Source: an uncultured archaeon
GTDB taxonomy: Archaea; Aenigmatarchaeota; Aenigmatarchaeia; GW2011-AR5
NCBI GenBank assembly: GCA_964599215.1
Contig: CAZRDV010000002.1
Coordinates: 36,119-100,118, forward strand
Length of the DNA: 64,000 bases
Reading direction: 5' to 3'
Under the pieces are notes generated by a model. The model made no database searches. It saw only the letters and a program-made list of their open reading frames with translations, and had not been told where the DNA came from. Position numbers and translations under genes: made by a program. Below are positions 41,989 to 51,285 of the stretch, in pieces (position 1 is the stretch's first letter; each line of letters opens with the position of its first letter).

Positions 41989-43626
41989 ATGCTGGAGATT
42001 CTTCTAGTCATTTTAGTAGCTTTTATCGTGGTTATCGTATACCTGTTGTTAAAAAAGCCTGGAGAAGGGGAGAAGGGCATAGCCCCGTTTATCCTGGATG
42101 ATGAAAATTTTGCAAGGAACAGGGTAACAGGAGAGGCAATTGACCAAAGAATAGAGAAATGGTGCTTCGGGCCAAGGGCAGGGCATTCCCTGATTGCTTT
42201 TCCAAGGGAGACGCAGGTTGAGATAGACTTTACAGCGCCCCCAGGTGCTATATCAAAGTTATATTACTCCCTGTGCTTCCAGCTCAGGAAATGGGAATAC
42301 CAGGTCCAGAAGGGTGATGAGTGGATTGAGGTATCCCCGTCCCACAGGGCCTATTACGAGCTAACGCATAAGCAGAAGGAAGAGTTAGAGGTAAGGATAA
42401 AGTCAGGCCTTGCATCTGCTGCACAGGCTGTCGCAGACCTGGAATTAATAAAGCATGACCAGAGAAAATACAAAGAGTTTCTGGAATACTTCGGTTATGA
42501 GTTCACAGGCAATGAATTCGAGGAAACCGGCAATCGGGATGAGCATTCGATAAAAGCCATGTTCGTTGACCTGGTGGATGTCCATACAGGCGAGGGCATA
42601 TCCATGAGATCCATAGTTACAAGATGGCCTACCCTGATAACAGATTTCATCAGACTGGATGATGAAACTGATATTGACAAGGTCAAGAATAAAATGAATG
42701 TATCCAATGCAGAAGCTGTTGTCCTGGTAACAAAGAACAAGCTCTATCATCAGTGGAAGAAGATGTTTGAGCCGCAGCTGAAAGAACGCTACAGGAGGGT
42801 AAGCGAGCTTGTCAAAAGCAGGGAGGAATCAGTCAAGCAATACAGAAACTGGCTTGCTCCTTTCATAGCAAGACATAAGATGCTGGAGGAGGGTATGGGA
42901 AACGCTGGCAGACGAGGCATGCTCAGAACAACATTTGTACTGCACGGCGGGCAGGCAACCTCAATGAGCAAGGTAACAATATGGGCATGGAGGGAGCTAA
43001 CACTGCCGGAATTCCACAAGGGTGGCGGTGAAAGGCTTGGAAGGGAGCTGGGCGAGGGCGTTGTTAAATGCGACGACGACTGGACAAAGGAGAATCTTAT
43101 ATTCCATCCAAAGCACGGGCTGGTTGTAAAATATCCGTGGATAGACGACAAATGGGTTACAGACCAAAAGGACTGGATGATGCAAAAAAATTGGCTGGAA
43201 GAGAACAAGATGTATTATTCTTTCCTGCCTATAACCCTGAACAAAATCAATATAAGAACGCCAGACGGCGATGAGCTGGAAGACGGGGTCTTTGATGTAC
43301 AGGCTGCACTCATGAGCCAGAATGTTATGTTTGTTAAATTATTGGAGATGAGGGCGATGCAGGAGGATCTTAACCGTTATGTTGATGGCCTTATCGGCGT
43401 AGCAAAAGAGCTGCCTCAAGAGGAGGTAAAGAAAGGCAGGAAAACTCTGGAGCCTGCAAAGAACTTCTTCGCATACTTCTCAATGCCGTTCCAGTTCCTC
43501 AAGAGAGGTCCTTATGAAAAGGATTTCTACGACAGGATCTCTCTGTTCTGGTGCAGGCAGATGGCCACACTCAGGTATGCTCCTGTAGTTGGTTTCCTAA
43601 AAAGCAAGATGGGAATGGGGATGTAG
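41989..43626 (+). CDS. Hypothetical membrane-anchored protein (545 aa)
   Basis: One N-terminal TM (MLEILLVILVAFIVVIVYLLL), then about 520 aa of Trp/Lys-rich soluble sequence. No family recognised. Its stop TAG abuts the next ATG. Confidence 0.7.
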   Translation: MLEILLVILVAFIVVIVYLLLKKPGEGEKGIAPFILDDENFARNRVTGEAIDQRIEKWCFGPRAGHSLIAFPRETQVEIDFTAPPGAISKLYYSLCFQLRKWEYQVQKGDEWIEVSPSHRAYYELTHKQKEELEVRIKSGLASAAQAVADLELIKHDQRKYKEFLEYFGYEFTGNEFEETGNRDEHSIKAMFVDLVDVHTGEGISMRSIVTRWPTLITDFIRLDDETDIDKVKNKMNVSNAEAVVLVTKNKLYHQWKKMFEPQLKERYRRVSELVKSREESVKQYRNWLAPFIARHKMLEEGMGNAGRRGMLRTTFVLHGGQATSMSKVTIWAWRELTLPEFHKGGGERLGRELGEGVVKCDDDWTKENLIFHPKHGLVVKYPWIDDKWVTDQKDWMMQKNWLEENKMYYSFLPITLNKINIRTPDGDELEDGVFDVQAALMSQNVMFVKLLEMRAMQEDLNRYVDGLIGVAKELPQEEVKKGRKTLEPAKNFFAYFSMPFQFLKRGPYEKDFYDRISLFWCRQMATLRYAPVVGFLKSKMGMGM

Positions 43627-45294
43627 ATGCCGTATACAGTAGGTGTTTCAAGCGGTTGGTGGAAGATAGACAGACCGCCTGATCTGCTGGGCTTGGCAAC
43701 AAAGGTCGGATCATTTGGCGGCACAGCTGGCGTGCAGTTCATACAGGCAGATTTAGACACGACGAGCGAGTTCTTTGAGCCAAGGCTAAAGGAGCAGATA
43801 AATAGGATAAGGCATAAAATGGGCATGGATTTCGGCCTGCATGCTGAGGTCGGCGAGCTGATGGCCCTGGAAAGCGCAGAGAGGAGGTTATGGGACCAGT
43901 CGCATATAAGATTGGTCGAAACAGTCAAGTACTCTGCTGAGCTCGGTATGAAATATATCAACATACACCTGTCGAACAAACCACAATTACTGTTTCTAGA
44001 GGCACAGTACAGGGTAACTGGTTATTTCTATCCTGTTGTAAGTTATGATGGAAGGCCGATATGGACAATATGTGAAGAGAATGAAAAGGTGAAAGAGGCT
44101 GCAAAAAAACATATCCGTGGTGTTGAAAGGGTTGTCTTTGATGATAACCAAGATGGTTATGAAAAAATCCTTGAATGGCAATCGAGTATTGAAGAAAGGG
44201 AGGTCAGAAAAGAGCTTGATGAGCTAGAATCAAGTCCTGAGTATGAAACTGCTAAAGGATCTGGGGACCTTTCTCTACAAAGGGTCTTACAGGCCCAGGC
44301 AACTGAGAGGGGAAAGGGAAATGCAAGGTCTATTGTCAATAGGGAGCTGCCAGATCAGGTATACTATGCATGGAAAGAATCTGTAAATGCACGCTATAAC
44401 CTTGATACAGCAGAAATAGCTGCATATACAATAGTCGCACGTTATATGAAGGAAACAGGCGACCCCTTATGGAGCAATATATGCAAGAACGGGGATGTAG
44501 AACGTACTTACGTTGATCATCATGCAGAGTTCAACGCAGCACTTGCTGCCAAATACCTGGAGGGTCATCTGACTGTAAAGAACAACGAATACAATAAAAA
44601 ATACCTGAACGGCATGAGCGTTTTAGAGTGGTTAGAAAAGCATAAGATAATACTCGCACTTGAAATACCTGAGGCGCACGAGGGTTATGAAGGCCTTCTA
44701 AGGCTTATAGATCCTCTGCAGGGGCATGTCCTGATAAGGAAACTCAGGTCTCCAATATTGAAACTATGCATAGATTTCGAGCACATGCTTTCCCATAAGC
44801 TGAATGTAGAGAATATGATAAACAAACTGCCTTCAGGCGGGGGCAAGGATATAATTGCCCTGCACGTAGGCAAGCCAATACCGTACTTCGGTTCTGCGCA
44901 TACGCCCATACCCATCGGGTCCAGGGCACAGGAAATAGTATACCAGTGGATATTTGCCTTAAGGAAAAAGGGCTTCAGAGACGGTTACATAATCTATGAA
45001 AGAGGGGGTGGAAAAACTGCCTGGGATGTTATGCAGAATGTGGTCTGGGTAATGAGGCAGATGGTAAAATACCTTGAACAGGATGTTCCTTTTGATAAAC
45101 TGCCACCGGAGTTCTACGGAATATCAGAGCAGACCAAGGAGACCTTTGCACGGCAGCTGGTCACTGTAAGAGACCATGCCTGGGACCCGTTAGAAGGCGT
45201 ACTAGAAATACCAGAGGAGAAGCATACCTTCCTCAGCAAGGTTGCTGTTGAAAAGGGCAAGAGGGAGGAATGGGAAAAGAGGAAGCTCAGGTAG
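43627..45294 (+). CDS. Xylose-isomerase-like TIM-barrel (AP endonuclease 2 superfamily) protein with an insertion of about 200 aa
   Basis: N-terminal ...MGMDFGLHAEVGELM...AELGMKYINIHLS and C-terminal ...ILALEIPEAH...KLCIDFEHML...IIALHVGK...SAHTPIPIGS...GYIIYERGG follow the barrel's metal-ligand pattern. The middle third has no counterpart. Confidence 0.6.
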   Translation: MPYTVGVSSGWWKIDRPPDLLGLATKVGSFGGTAGVQFIQADLDTTSEFFEPRLKEQINRIRHKMGMDFGLHAEVGELMALESAERRLWDQSHIRLVETVKYSAELGMKYINIHLSNKPQLLFLEAQYRVTGYFYPVVSYDGRPIWTICEENEKVKEAAKKHIRGVERVVFDDNQDGYEKILEWQSSIEEREVRKELDELESSPEYETAKGSGDLSLQRVLQAQATERGKGNARSIVNRELPDQVYYAWKESVNARYNLDTAEIAAYTIVARYMKETGDPLWSNICKNGDVERTYVDHHAEFNAALAAKYLEGHLTVKNNEYNKKYLNGMSVLEWLEKHKIILALEIPEAHEGYEGLLRLIDPLQGHVLIRKLRSPILKLCIDFEHMLSHKLNVENMINKLPSGGGKDIIALHVGKPIPYFGSAHTPIPIGSRAQEIVYQWIFALRKKGFRDGYIIYERGGGKTAWDVMQNVVWVMRQMVKYLEQDVPFDKLPPEFYGISEQTKETFARQLVTVRDHAWDPLEGVLEIPEEKHTFLSKVAVEKGKREEWEKRKLR

Positions 45295-45380
45295 TTCATA
45301 TCTCCTGAAGAACAGGGTTACACGCGGCCTGCAATGCATATGTTTATTAAGTTTTTGGTTCAACAACTTACAGTGATACA

Positions 45381-46577
45381 ATGCAAGAAAAGAAAGCCAG
45401 TGATACAGACAAAAAGAAGATGGAAAAACTCAGGAAGAAGCAGATTGATATTGCCAACAAGTTCAAGGACGAGGTCCTGAAGAAATACAAGAATGTCGTG
45501 AAGGCAGTTGTATTGTTCGGCTCTCTTATAAGAGGGGACTTCCACAGCAAGAGTGATATTGACCTGCTGGTTGTCATAGACGACACCCTCGCAAGATTTA
45601 CGCCAGAGATGAAGGAAGAGTTTGACGAGAGGATTTACAGAATCGGCAAGTCTATAGATGAAAATATAATAGTTCAGCCGGCATGGACACTGACTGAGTT
45701 CTGGGAGATGGCCAGGATTGGTCATCCGCTGCTCTATACCATAGTAAGGGACGGCTGGGCCCTGTATGATACTGGTTTCTTCATACCTGTAAGGAAGCTG
45801 CTCGAAGCAGGCAGGATTCCAACCACGCTGGAGGCTGTTGAGAAATTCATGGAAACAGCTCCACAGAAGATAAACCGCGTGGAAACAGCCAAGCTCTACA
45901 TGATTGCAGAGGATTTATACTATGCCATGCTTAACTCATCCCAAGCAGTGCTGATGTATCTGGGGCAGAACCCGCCATCGCCAAAGCACACGCCACTGGA
46001 GGTAAAGGAGCATCTTATTACTGCCAACCTTCTGGAGGCAGAGTACCTGAGGGACCTTGAAAGCGTTATAGAATTCAGGAAAAAGGTGGAGCACAAAGAG
46101 ATTAAGGAAATTACTGGCCATGATTTAGACGCAATGATAGACAAGGCAAAGCGCTTTGTCAACCGCATGGAGCAGTTGCTGATGCAGCTGCAGAAAAAGA
46201 AGAAGGAGAATATCGTCCAGAAAAATTATGAAGTAATGATAAAGGCAGCTGTTGCCACTCTAAAGAAGATAGACAAATTACCGCCAGACCCGAAGGACCT
46301 GCCAAAGGCTATAAAGGACTACCTTATAGGACCTGGCAAGATAGACCCGTATTATGGCGAGGTTCTCAAGAAGGTTGTCACAATGAGGAAGCTTCTTGAT
46401 GAGGACAAGATAAACGAGGTCCCGCAAAGGGACATAGAACTTACCAGGGAGTACGTAAGAAGGTTTGTCCGCGACCTGGCCCCTGTTCTAGAGGCAAAAG
46501 AGAAAAAGGCTTGTAAAAAACCAGCTAAAAAGCCGAAAAAGGCAGCAGCCAGAAAAAAGAAAAAAGGGAAGCGATAG
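45381..46577 (+). CDS. Minimal nucleotidyltransferase (MNT) fused to HEPN-like helical domains, polybasic tail
   Basis: VVLFGSLIRGDFHSKSDIDLLVVID (GS-x9-D-x-D NTase motif). The downstream helical region has an Rx4H-like RKKVEH. The C-terminus is KKACKKPAKKPKKAAARKKKKGKR. Confidence 0.7.
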   Translation: MQEKKASDTDKKKMEKLRKKQIDIANKFKDEVLKKYKNVVKAVVLFGSLIRGDFHSKSDIDLLVVIDDTLARFTPEMKEEFDERIYRIGKSIDENIIVQPAWTLTEFWEMARIGHPLLYTIVRDGWALYDTGFFIPVRKLLEAGRIPTTLEAVEKFMETAPQKINRVETAKLYMIAEDLYYAMLNSSQAVLMYLGQNPPSPKHTPLEVKEHLITANLLEAEYLRDLESVIEFRKKVEHKEIKEITGHDLDAMIDKAKRFVNRMEQLLMQLQKKKKENIVQKNYEVMIKAAVATLKKIDKLPPDPKDLPKAIKDYLIGPGKIDPYYGEVLKKVVTMRKLLDEDKINEVPQRDIELTREYVRRFVRDLAPVLEAKEKKACKKPAKKPKKAAARKKKKGKR

Positions 46578-46625
46578 CTTTTTAAGCTTTTCACTACTGA
46601 TTGATGATAGCTTTTGGTGGTAGCA

Positions 46626-46835
46626 ATGACGTTCGATTTTCACGTTCACGGCCTCTGGATACTTGGAGCCGTATTCATGTTCTTAGGCGGAATGATAGCA
46701 GGCAACATTGAATGGGTAGAGGGCACAACAGAGTTCAGCTTCGGATTCTCGGTATTGCTGGCATTTGTCATGTTCCTTGTAGCAGGCCTTTGCTGGATAT
46801 CATCTGCTGTGAACGCAAGGCAGGAAATGAGATAG
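46626..46835 (+). CDS. Small 2-TM membrane protein, hypothetical
   Basis: MTFDFHVHGLWILGAVFMFLGGMIAG...FSVLLAFVMFLVAGLCWI. ATG at 46626; the track start at 46614 is TTG. Confidence 0.45.
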   Translation: MTFDFHVHGLWILGAVFMFLGGMIAGNIEWVEGTTEFSFGFSVLLAFVMFLVAGLCWISSAVNARQEMR

Positions 46836-46846
46836 GCGAATAGAAA

Positions 46847-47626
46847 TTATTCTTTCTTTTCTTCTTTATTTGTCTCTGTATCCTTTGTTTTATTATCAGG
46901 CTTTGGTTTATCTTCTATCTTGTCTTCTGTATCTTTTGGCTTAGCTTCTTGCTTAGCTTCCTTCCTAGTATCTTTCTTAGGCTTCGTCGAGTCTTTCTTA
47001 GGTTTCGTTGCCTCTTTCTTGAATTCTTTCTTGGCTTTTGTCTCAGGCTTCTTCTGTATAAGCTCAGCTATCTTGTCTGTTTTTTCCTCCATTAACTCGC
47101 TCTTCCTTATCTCTATGTTGCCTACTGGGTATATCTTGCTTACCTCCTTTCTTATGGTGTTTTGTAGCTCGTCTTTTAGTATCATATTTATAAAATCATT
47201 GAACGTATTCTCTGCTGCAATCTTATTCAGAAGCTCCCTTGTCTTACGCCTTGCAGAATCCTTTATTGACGTGTTTACCCTTTTTAGGAGAATGAAGATT
47301 ACTTTAATCCTTACCTTATTATTATCCTTTGTAACAACATCCTCTACACAGTCTACGCGCCTCATGTACCTATGCACCATTCTATAGATGCGCTCTTGCA
47401 TGCATTCATGGCCAATGAATTTTACATAGGCCTTGTCATCAATGCTTTCTATTCTAAAAAGCAGCTTGGTATAGAACTTTGAGTAATCGCCTGTCAGGTC
47501 AGCCAGGCTCACGGAAATGGTCCTGCCTACAAGATGCTTGGGATCAGACGTCAGCGTGTCGCCTATCTTTTTCTCATCAAACATCTTTGGCGCGATTATC
47601 TCATACCATTGTTTTTTAATTGCCAT
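46847..47626 (-). CDS. rps3ae: Ribosomal protein S3Ae (eS1) with a K/E/T-rich C-terminal extension of about 70 aa
   Basis: MAIKKQWYEIIAPKMF...LVGRTISVSLADLTGD... The tail reads ...KKEFKKEATKPKKDSTKPKKDTRKEAKQEAKPKD... Confidence 0.9.
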   Translation of the reverse strand: MAIKKQWYEIIAPKMFDEKKIGDTLTSDPKHLVGRTISVSLADLTGDYSKFYTKLLFRIESIDDKAYVKFIGHECMQERIYRMVHRYMRRVDCVEDVVTKDNNKVRIKVIFILLKRVNTSIKDSARRKTRELLNKIAAENTFNDFINMILKDELQNTIRKEVSKIYPVGNIEIRKSELMEEKTDKIAELIQKKPETKAKKEFKKEATKPKKDSTKPKKDTRKEAKQEAKPKDTEDKIEDKPKPDNKTKDTETNKEEKKE

Positions 47627-47688
47627 ATCTCACCATCTTCCTATCATCATTATCAACAAGTTTTTTAAAGTTTTATTCTTGAGGCTGA

Positions 47689-48561
47689 TTATATCTTTAT
47701 GCCGCTGTCTTGGAGTGCCTTGTATCTTTTCCAGTCTTCGTCGACGTGCTGCTGTATTAAGTTTATCTCTTTTTCTGTTATGTGCTTGAACCTGCCCTGC
47801 GCTTTCAGATATTCGTTAACCTTTTTGCCGGATGGCTCTTTTGTTACCTTCAGCCGTCCGTTCTCTATTTCATAAAGCACCCACAGACCTGTTTCAACAG
47901 CCAGCTTTGCAATCTTAACAGTCTCGCCAACAGAAAACCTCCATGCCAGCGGGCACGGAGCATGGATAACAATGAACTTGGGGCCTTTTATCAAGATCGC
48001 CTTCTTTATTTTTTGTTCAATATCCTTTGGGTAGCCAACAGACGAGGTAGCTACATAGACTGCACCCTGCACAGCCATCATTTCTGCTATCGGCTTCTTG
48101 AATGTTTCGTTGCCGATGGACACGCAACCGGACGGCGACGTAGTGGTCCATGCTGCATACGGCGTTGCAGAGCTTCTCTGAATGCCTGTATTGGCATAAC
48201 ACTCATTATCATAGCAGATGTACAAAACGTCATGACCGCGGTCAACCATGCCTGAAAGCGCCTGCAGCCCTATGTCATAGGTGCCCCCATCGCCTGCCAA
48301 TGCCACGACTTTCGTCTTCTTGCCTAACTTCTTCAGAGCAGCCTCAATGCCTGAGGCAACAGAAGCAGCTGTTTCAAAGGCAACATGTATGTATGGCACG
48401 CCCCATGCTGTTGTTGGGTATTGGGTTGTTGTTATTTCGCTGCAGGATGTTGCATTGGAGATTATAACGTCCTTTCCAGTTGCATTAAGTATCGACCTCA
48501 GTGCAATAGCCAGAGGACAGCCTGCACAACTGCTGTGGCCCTGACAAAGCAATTCACTCAT
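47689..48561 (-). CDS. porB: 2-oxoacid (pyruvate-type):ferredoxin oxidoreductase beta subunit
   Basis: GHSSCAGCPLAIALR... and the TPP motif ALAGDGGTYDIGLQALSG. Confidence 0.9.
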   Translation of the reverse strand: MSELLCQGHSSCAGCPLAIALRSILNATGKDVIISNATSCSEITTTQYPTTAWGVPYIHVAFETAASVASGIEAALKKLGKKTKVVALAGDGGTYDIGLQALSGMVDRGHDVLYICYDNECYANTGIQRSSATPYAAWTTTSPSGCVSIGNETFKKPIAEMMAVQGAVYVATSSVGYPKDIEQKIKKAILIKGPKFIVIHAPCPLAWRFSVGETVKIAKLAVETGLWVLYEIENGRLKVTKEPSGKKVNEYLKAQGRFKHITEKEINLIQQHVDEDWKRYKALQDSGIKI

Positions 48562-48576
48562 TTTATCACCTTTTTA

Positions 48577-49704
48577 TCACCTTTTTGACCCTACCCATTC
48601 AACGCCTTCCTTTTTTTCCCTTATTTTATCAAAAATATCCATAATCTCTTTTGATGTAATATCCCTTCCACCCAGGCCGCCGATAAATCCTGCTATGGGC
48701 TTTCTGATAAATTTCAATTCACTGTGCAGTGCACCGCCCAGACCAAAGGAGATGTCTTTTTCCAGTACGCCTATTGAGTCAACGCTGCTCAGCTCTTTTT
48801 TTAATTCTTTTGCAGGGAATGGTCTAAATGATCTCAGCCTGACTAGACCGATATCCTTTATCTTCTGTTCCTTAAGAACGTGTTTTATCGTGCCTGCCAG
48901 GGTTCCCATTGTTATTATCGCGTGTTTTGCCTTTTCCATGTTGTATGCCTCAAACAAACCGTTCCCATATTTTCTATTAAACACAGAGGCAAACTCATTG
49001 TTTGCTTTCTTAATGACGTCCTTTGATTTCTGCATTGCTATCTCCTGTTCTTCTTTGAATTCTTGGTAATAATCAGGCGTGGCATACGCTCCTTGTGTTA
49101 CTGGATTGTCAGTATCCAGTGTGATGTGCGGCTTGTAATCGCCAAGAAACTTGCTTACTGACTTAGGCACATCTACAGGCTCGTAGGTATGAGACAGATA
49201 AAAACCATCTATGCAGACCATGACCGGTAAAAGGACATTCTTGTCCTCAGCTATTTTGTATGCCTGTATTGTTGTGTCCAGTGCCTCTTGAGCAGTTTCA
49301 CAGTAGAGCTGTATCCAGCCAGAATCCCGGCAGCCCATAGAGTCAGACCAGTCGTTCCATATGCTCAGCGGAGCTGAAAGGCTTCTGTTTACTACTGTCA
49401 TGACTGTTGGCAGCCTCATGCCAGAGGCTACATACAATAACTCCCACATCAAAGCAAGTCCTTGCGAGGCTGTTGCTGTATAAGTACGTACGCCGGTTGC
49501 CTGCGCTCCTATGCAGGCAGCCATTGCTGAATGCTCGCTCTCTACACGCAGGTATTCGCTGTCAAGCAATCCATTAGCAACCATCTCTGATATCTTCTCA
49601 ACTATGTGAGTCTGCGGGGTGATAGGGTAAGCAGCTATCACCTTAGGCGCGCAAAGCCTAACAGCCTCTGCTATAGCATGGCTACCTTCGATAAGTTTCC
49701 TCAT
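48577..49704 (-). CDS. porA: 2-oxoacid (pyruvate-type):ferredoxin oxidoreductase alpha subunit
   Basis: MRKLIEGSHAIAEAVRLCAPKVIAAYPITPQT... ATG at 49704 is preceded by GAGGAGGG; the track start at 49719 is GTG. Confidence 0.9.
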   Translation of the reverse strand: MRKLIEGSHAIAEAVRLCAPKVIAAYPITPQTHIVEKISEMVANGLLDSEYLRVESEHSAMAACIGAQATGVRTYTATASQGLALMWELLYVASGMRLPTVMTVVNRSLSAPLSIWNDWSDSMGCRDSGWIQLYCETAQEALDTTIQAYKIAEDKNVLLPVMVCIDGFYLSHTYEPVDVPKSVSKFLGDYKPHITLDTDNPVTQGAYATPDYYQEFKEEQEIAMQKSKDVIKKANNEFASVFNRKYGNGLFEAYNMEKAKHAIITMGTLAGTIKHVLKEQKIKDIGLVRLRSFRPFPAKELKKELSSVDSIGVLEKDISFGLGGALHSELKFIRKPIAGFIGGLGGRDITSKEIMDIFDKIREKKEGVEWVGSKR

Positions 49705-49741
49705 TTCTACCCTCCTCACTTCGTGAGTAGTCTAGACCATA

Positions 49742-50002
49742 TTATTTTTTCTCTTCCTCTTTTTTAATTGCTTTGAACGGGCATTCGTTCAGGCAGATTA
49801 AACATCCTTTGCAGTAGTTATAATCGACCTCTGCTTTCTTGGTTTTCGGATTTAGTTTGATGACGCCTTCAGGGCAGATAGCAACACAGACAGAGCAGCC
49901 TGTGCATTTTTCAGTAATCACTGGGCGGAAAGACCGCCATGATCCTGTTTTCTTTCCTGCTGTGTTTTTGCTAATACCGTATTCTATTTTTTCTTTCGGC
50001 AT
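49742..50002 (-). CDS. porD: 2-oxoacid:ferredoxin oxidoreductase delta subunit (2x[4Fe-4S])
   Basis: CTGCSVCVAICP and CKGCLICLNECP. Confidence 0.9.
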   Translation of the reverse strand: MPKEKIEYGISKNTAGKKTGSWRSFRPVITEKCTGCSVCVAICPEGVIKLNPKTKKAEVDYNYCKGCLICLNECPFKAIKKEEEKK

Positions 50003-50003
50003 G

Positions 50004-50525
50004 TTACTTCACCTCGTCATAAGCTTTTCTGACTGCCTGGAGATTCTTCTCTAAAATACTGCCGGAGAACTTTTCTTTCAATGCCTCTTCTATGCTTTTT
50101 ATTGATACTAGGCCTGTTGCCTTTGCAAAAGCACCAAGCATGGCTGTATTGACTATAGGCTTGCCAATAGTATCTATAGCTATCTTGGTTGCGTCTATGT
50201 TGTAGCTTTTATAAAACAGTCTTGGTTTTTTTTCTGAGTTGATAACCACAGTACCGTTCTTCTTAAGGCCCTTTGTAATATCAACAGTCTTGATAAGTGA
50301 TGCGTCCAGTACTAACAAAATATCAGGCTCGTATACGTGGGTTCTGAGATTGATAAATTTCTTGTCAATACGGCAGTATGCCTCCACAGGCGCGCCTGAC
50401 CTTTCAGGGCCAAACGATGGAAAGGCCTGTGAGAACTTGCCATCCCTGAATGATGCTATGGCAAGAATCTCTGAAGCAGTTACAGCTCCCTGGCCTCCGC
50501 GACCATGGATACGTATCTCAATCAT
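50004..50525 (-). CDS. porG: 2-oxoacid:ferredoxin oxidoreductase gamma subunit
   Basis: [22 protein letters not shown]...[10 protein letters not shown]. Confidence 0.9.
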   Translation of the reverse strand: MIEIRIHGRGGQGAVTASEILAIASFRDGKFSQAFPSFGPERSGAPVEAYCRIDKKFINLRTHVYEPDILLVLDASLIKTVDITKGLKKNGTVVINSEKKPRLFYKSYNIDATKIAIDTIGKPIVNTAMLGAFAKATGLVSIKSIEEALKEKFSGSILEKNLQAVRKAYDEVK

Positions 50526-50589
50526 AGATACCAGTTAATAAACTTGTTATAAACAATTTAAATTCTTTAATGTTAAAACCTTTTAGACG

Positions 50590-51285
50590 ATGCCTATGAT
50601 AGCGATTGTAATACCTGCATTTAATGAAGAGAAGACAGTAAGCTGGGTAGTTGAAAGGGCAAAGAGATATGGAAGGGTTGTCGTGGTTGACGACTGTTCC
50701 AGAGACGATACCGCCATGCTTGCTAAGAAAGCAGGTGCTCTTGTCATCAAGCATGCCCATAACCAGGGTCTGGGGTCTTCCCTCAGAAGCGGTTTTAAAA
50801 AAGCACTTGAGATGAAGGCAGATATAATAATAACACTCGATGGGGATGGCCAGCATAACCCAGGAGACATACCGCGGTTCATATCAGCACTCAGCAATGG
50901 TTATGACTTTGTTCTCGGTAATCGGGATCTCAGGAAATACCCGCTCAGAAAGAAATTCGGTAATTTCTTCCTTAACCTGGTGACCAATTTTGTATCAGGC
51001 ACGAATCTGAAGGATACAGAATCAGGCTTCAGAGCATTCAAAAGAAACGCTCTGAAGAGGTTGTGCCTCAAGGCAAGAAGATATGAAATAGCTGTTGAAA
51101 TAGCATTTGAGGCAGGCAGGAATAACCTTAAAACAAAGAACATCCCGATAAAGGTTCCGATGTATATCAAAGGCGTTGGTGTAATAGACGGTTTCAGGAA
51201 CTTTTTCTTCCTGTTCCGCAGAAGAGAGAGAACATGGGAAAGCTACAAAGAAGACTTTAGGTACGTACTGAAGAAGAGGCTATAA
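50590..51285 (+). CDS. Glycosyltransferase family 2 (polyprenyl-phosphate sugar synthase-like)
   Basis: IAIVIPAFNEEKTV...VVVDDCSRDDT...ITLDGDGQHNP. Confidence 0.85.
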   Translation: MPMIAIVIPAFNEEKTVSWVVERAKRYGRVVVVDDCSRDDTAMLAKKAGALVIKHAHNQGLGSSLRSGFKKALEMKADIIITLDGDGQHNPGDIPRFISALSNGYDFVLGNRDLRKYPLRKKFGNFFLNLVTNFVSGTNLKDTESGFRAFKRNALKRLCLKARRYEIAVEIAFEAGRNNLKTKNIPIKVPMYIKGVGVIDGFRNFFFLFRRRERTWESYKEDFRYVLKKRL

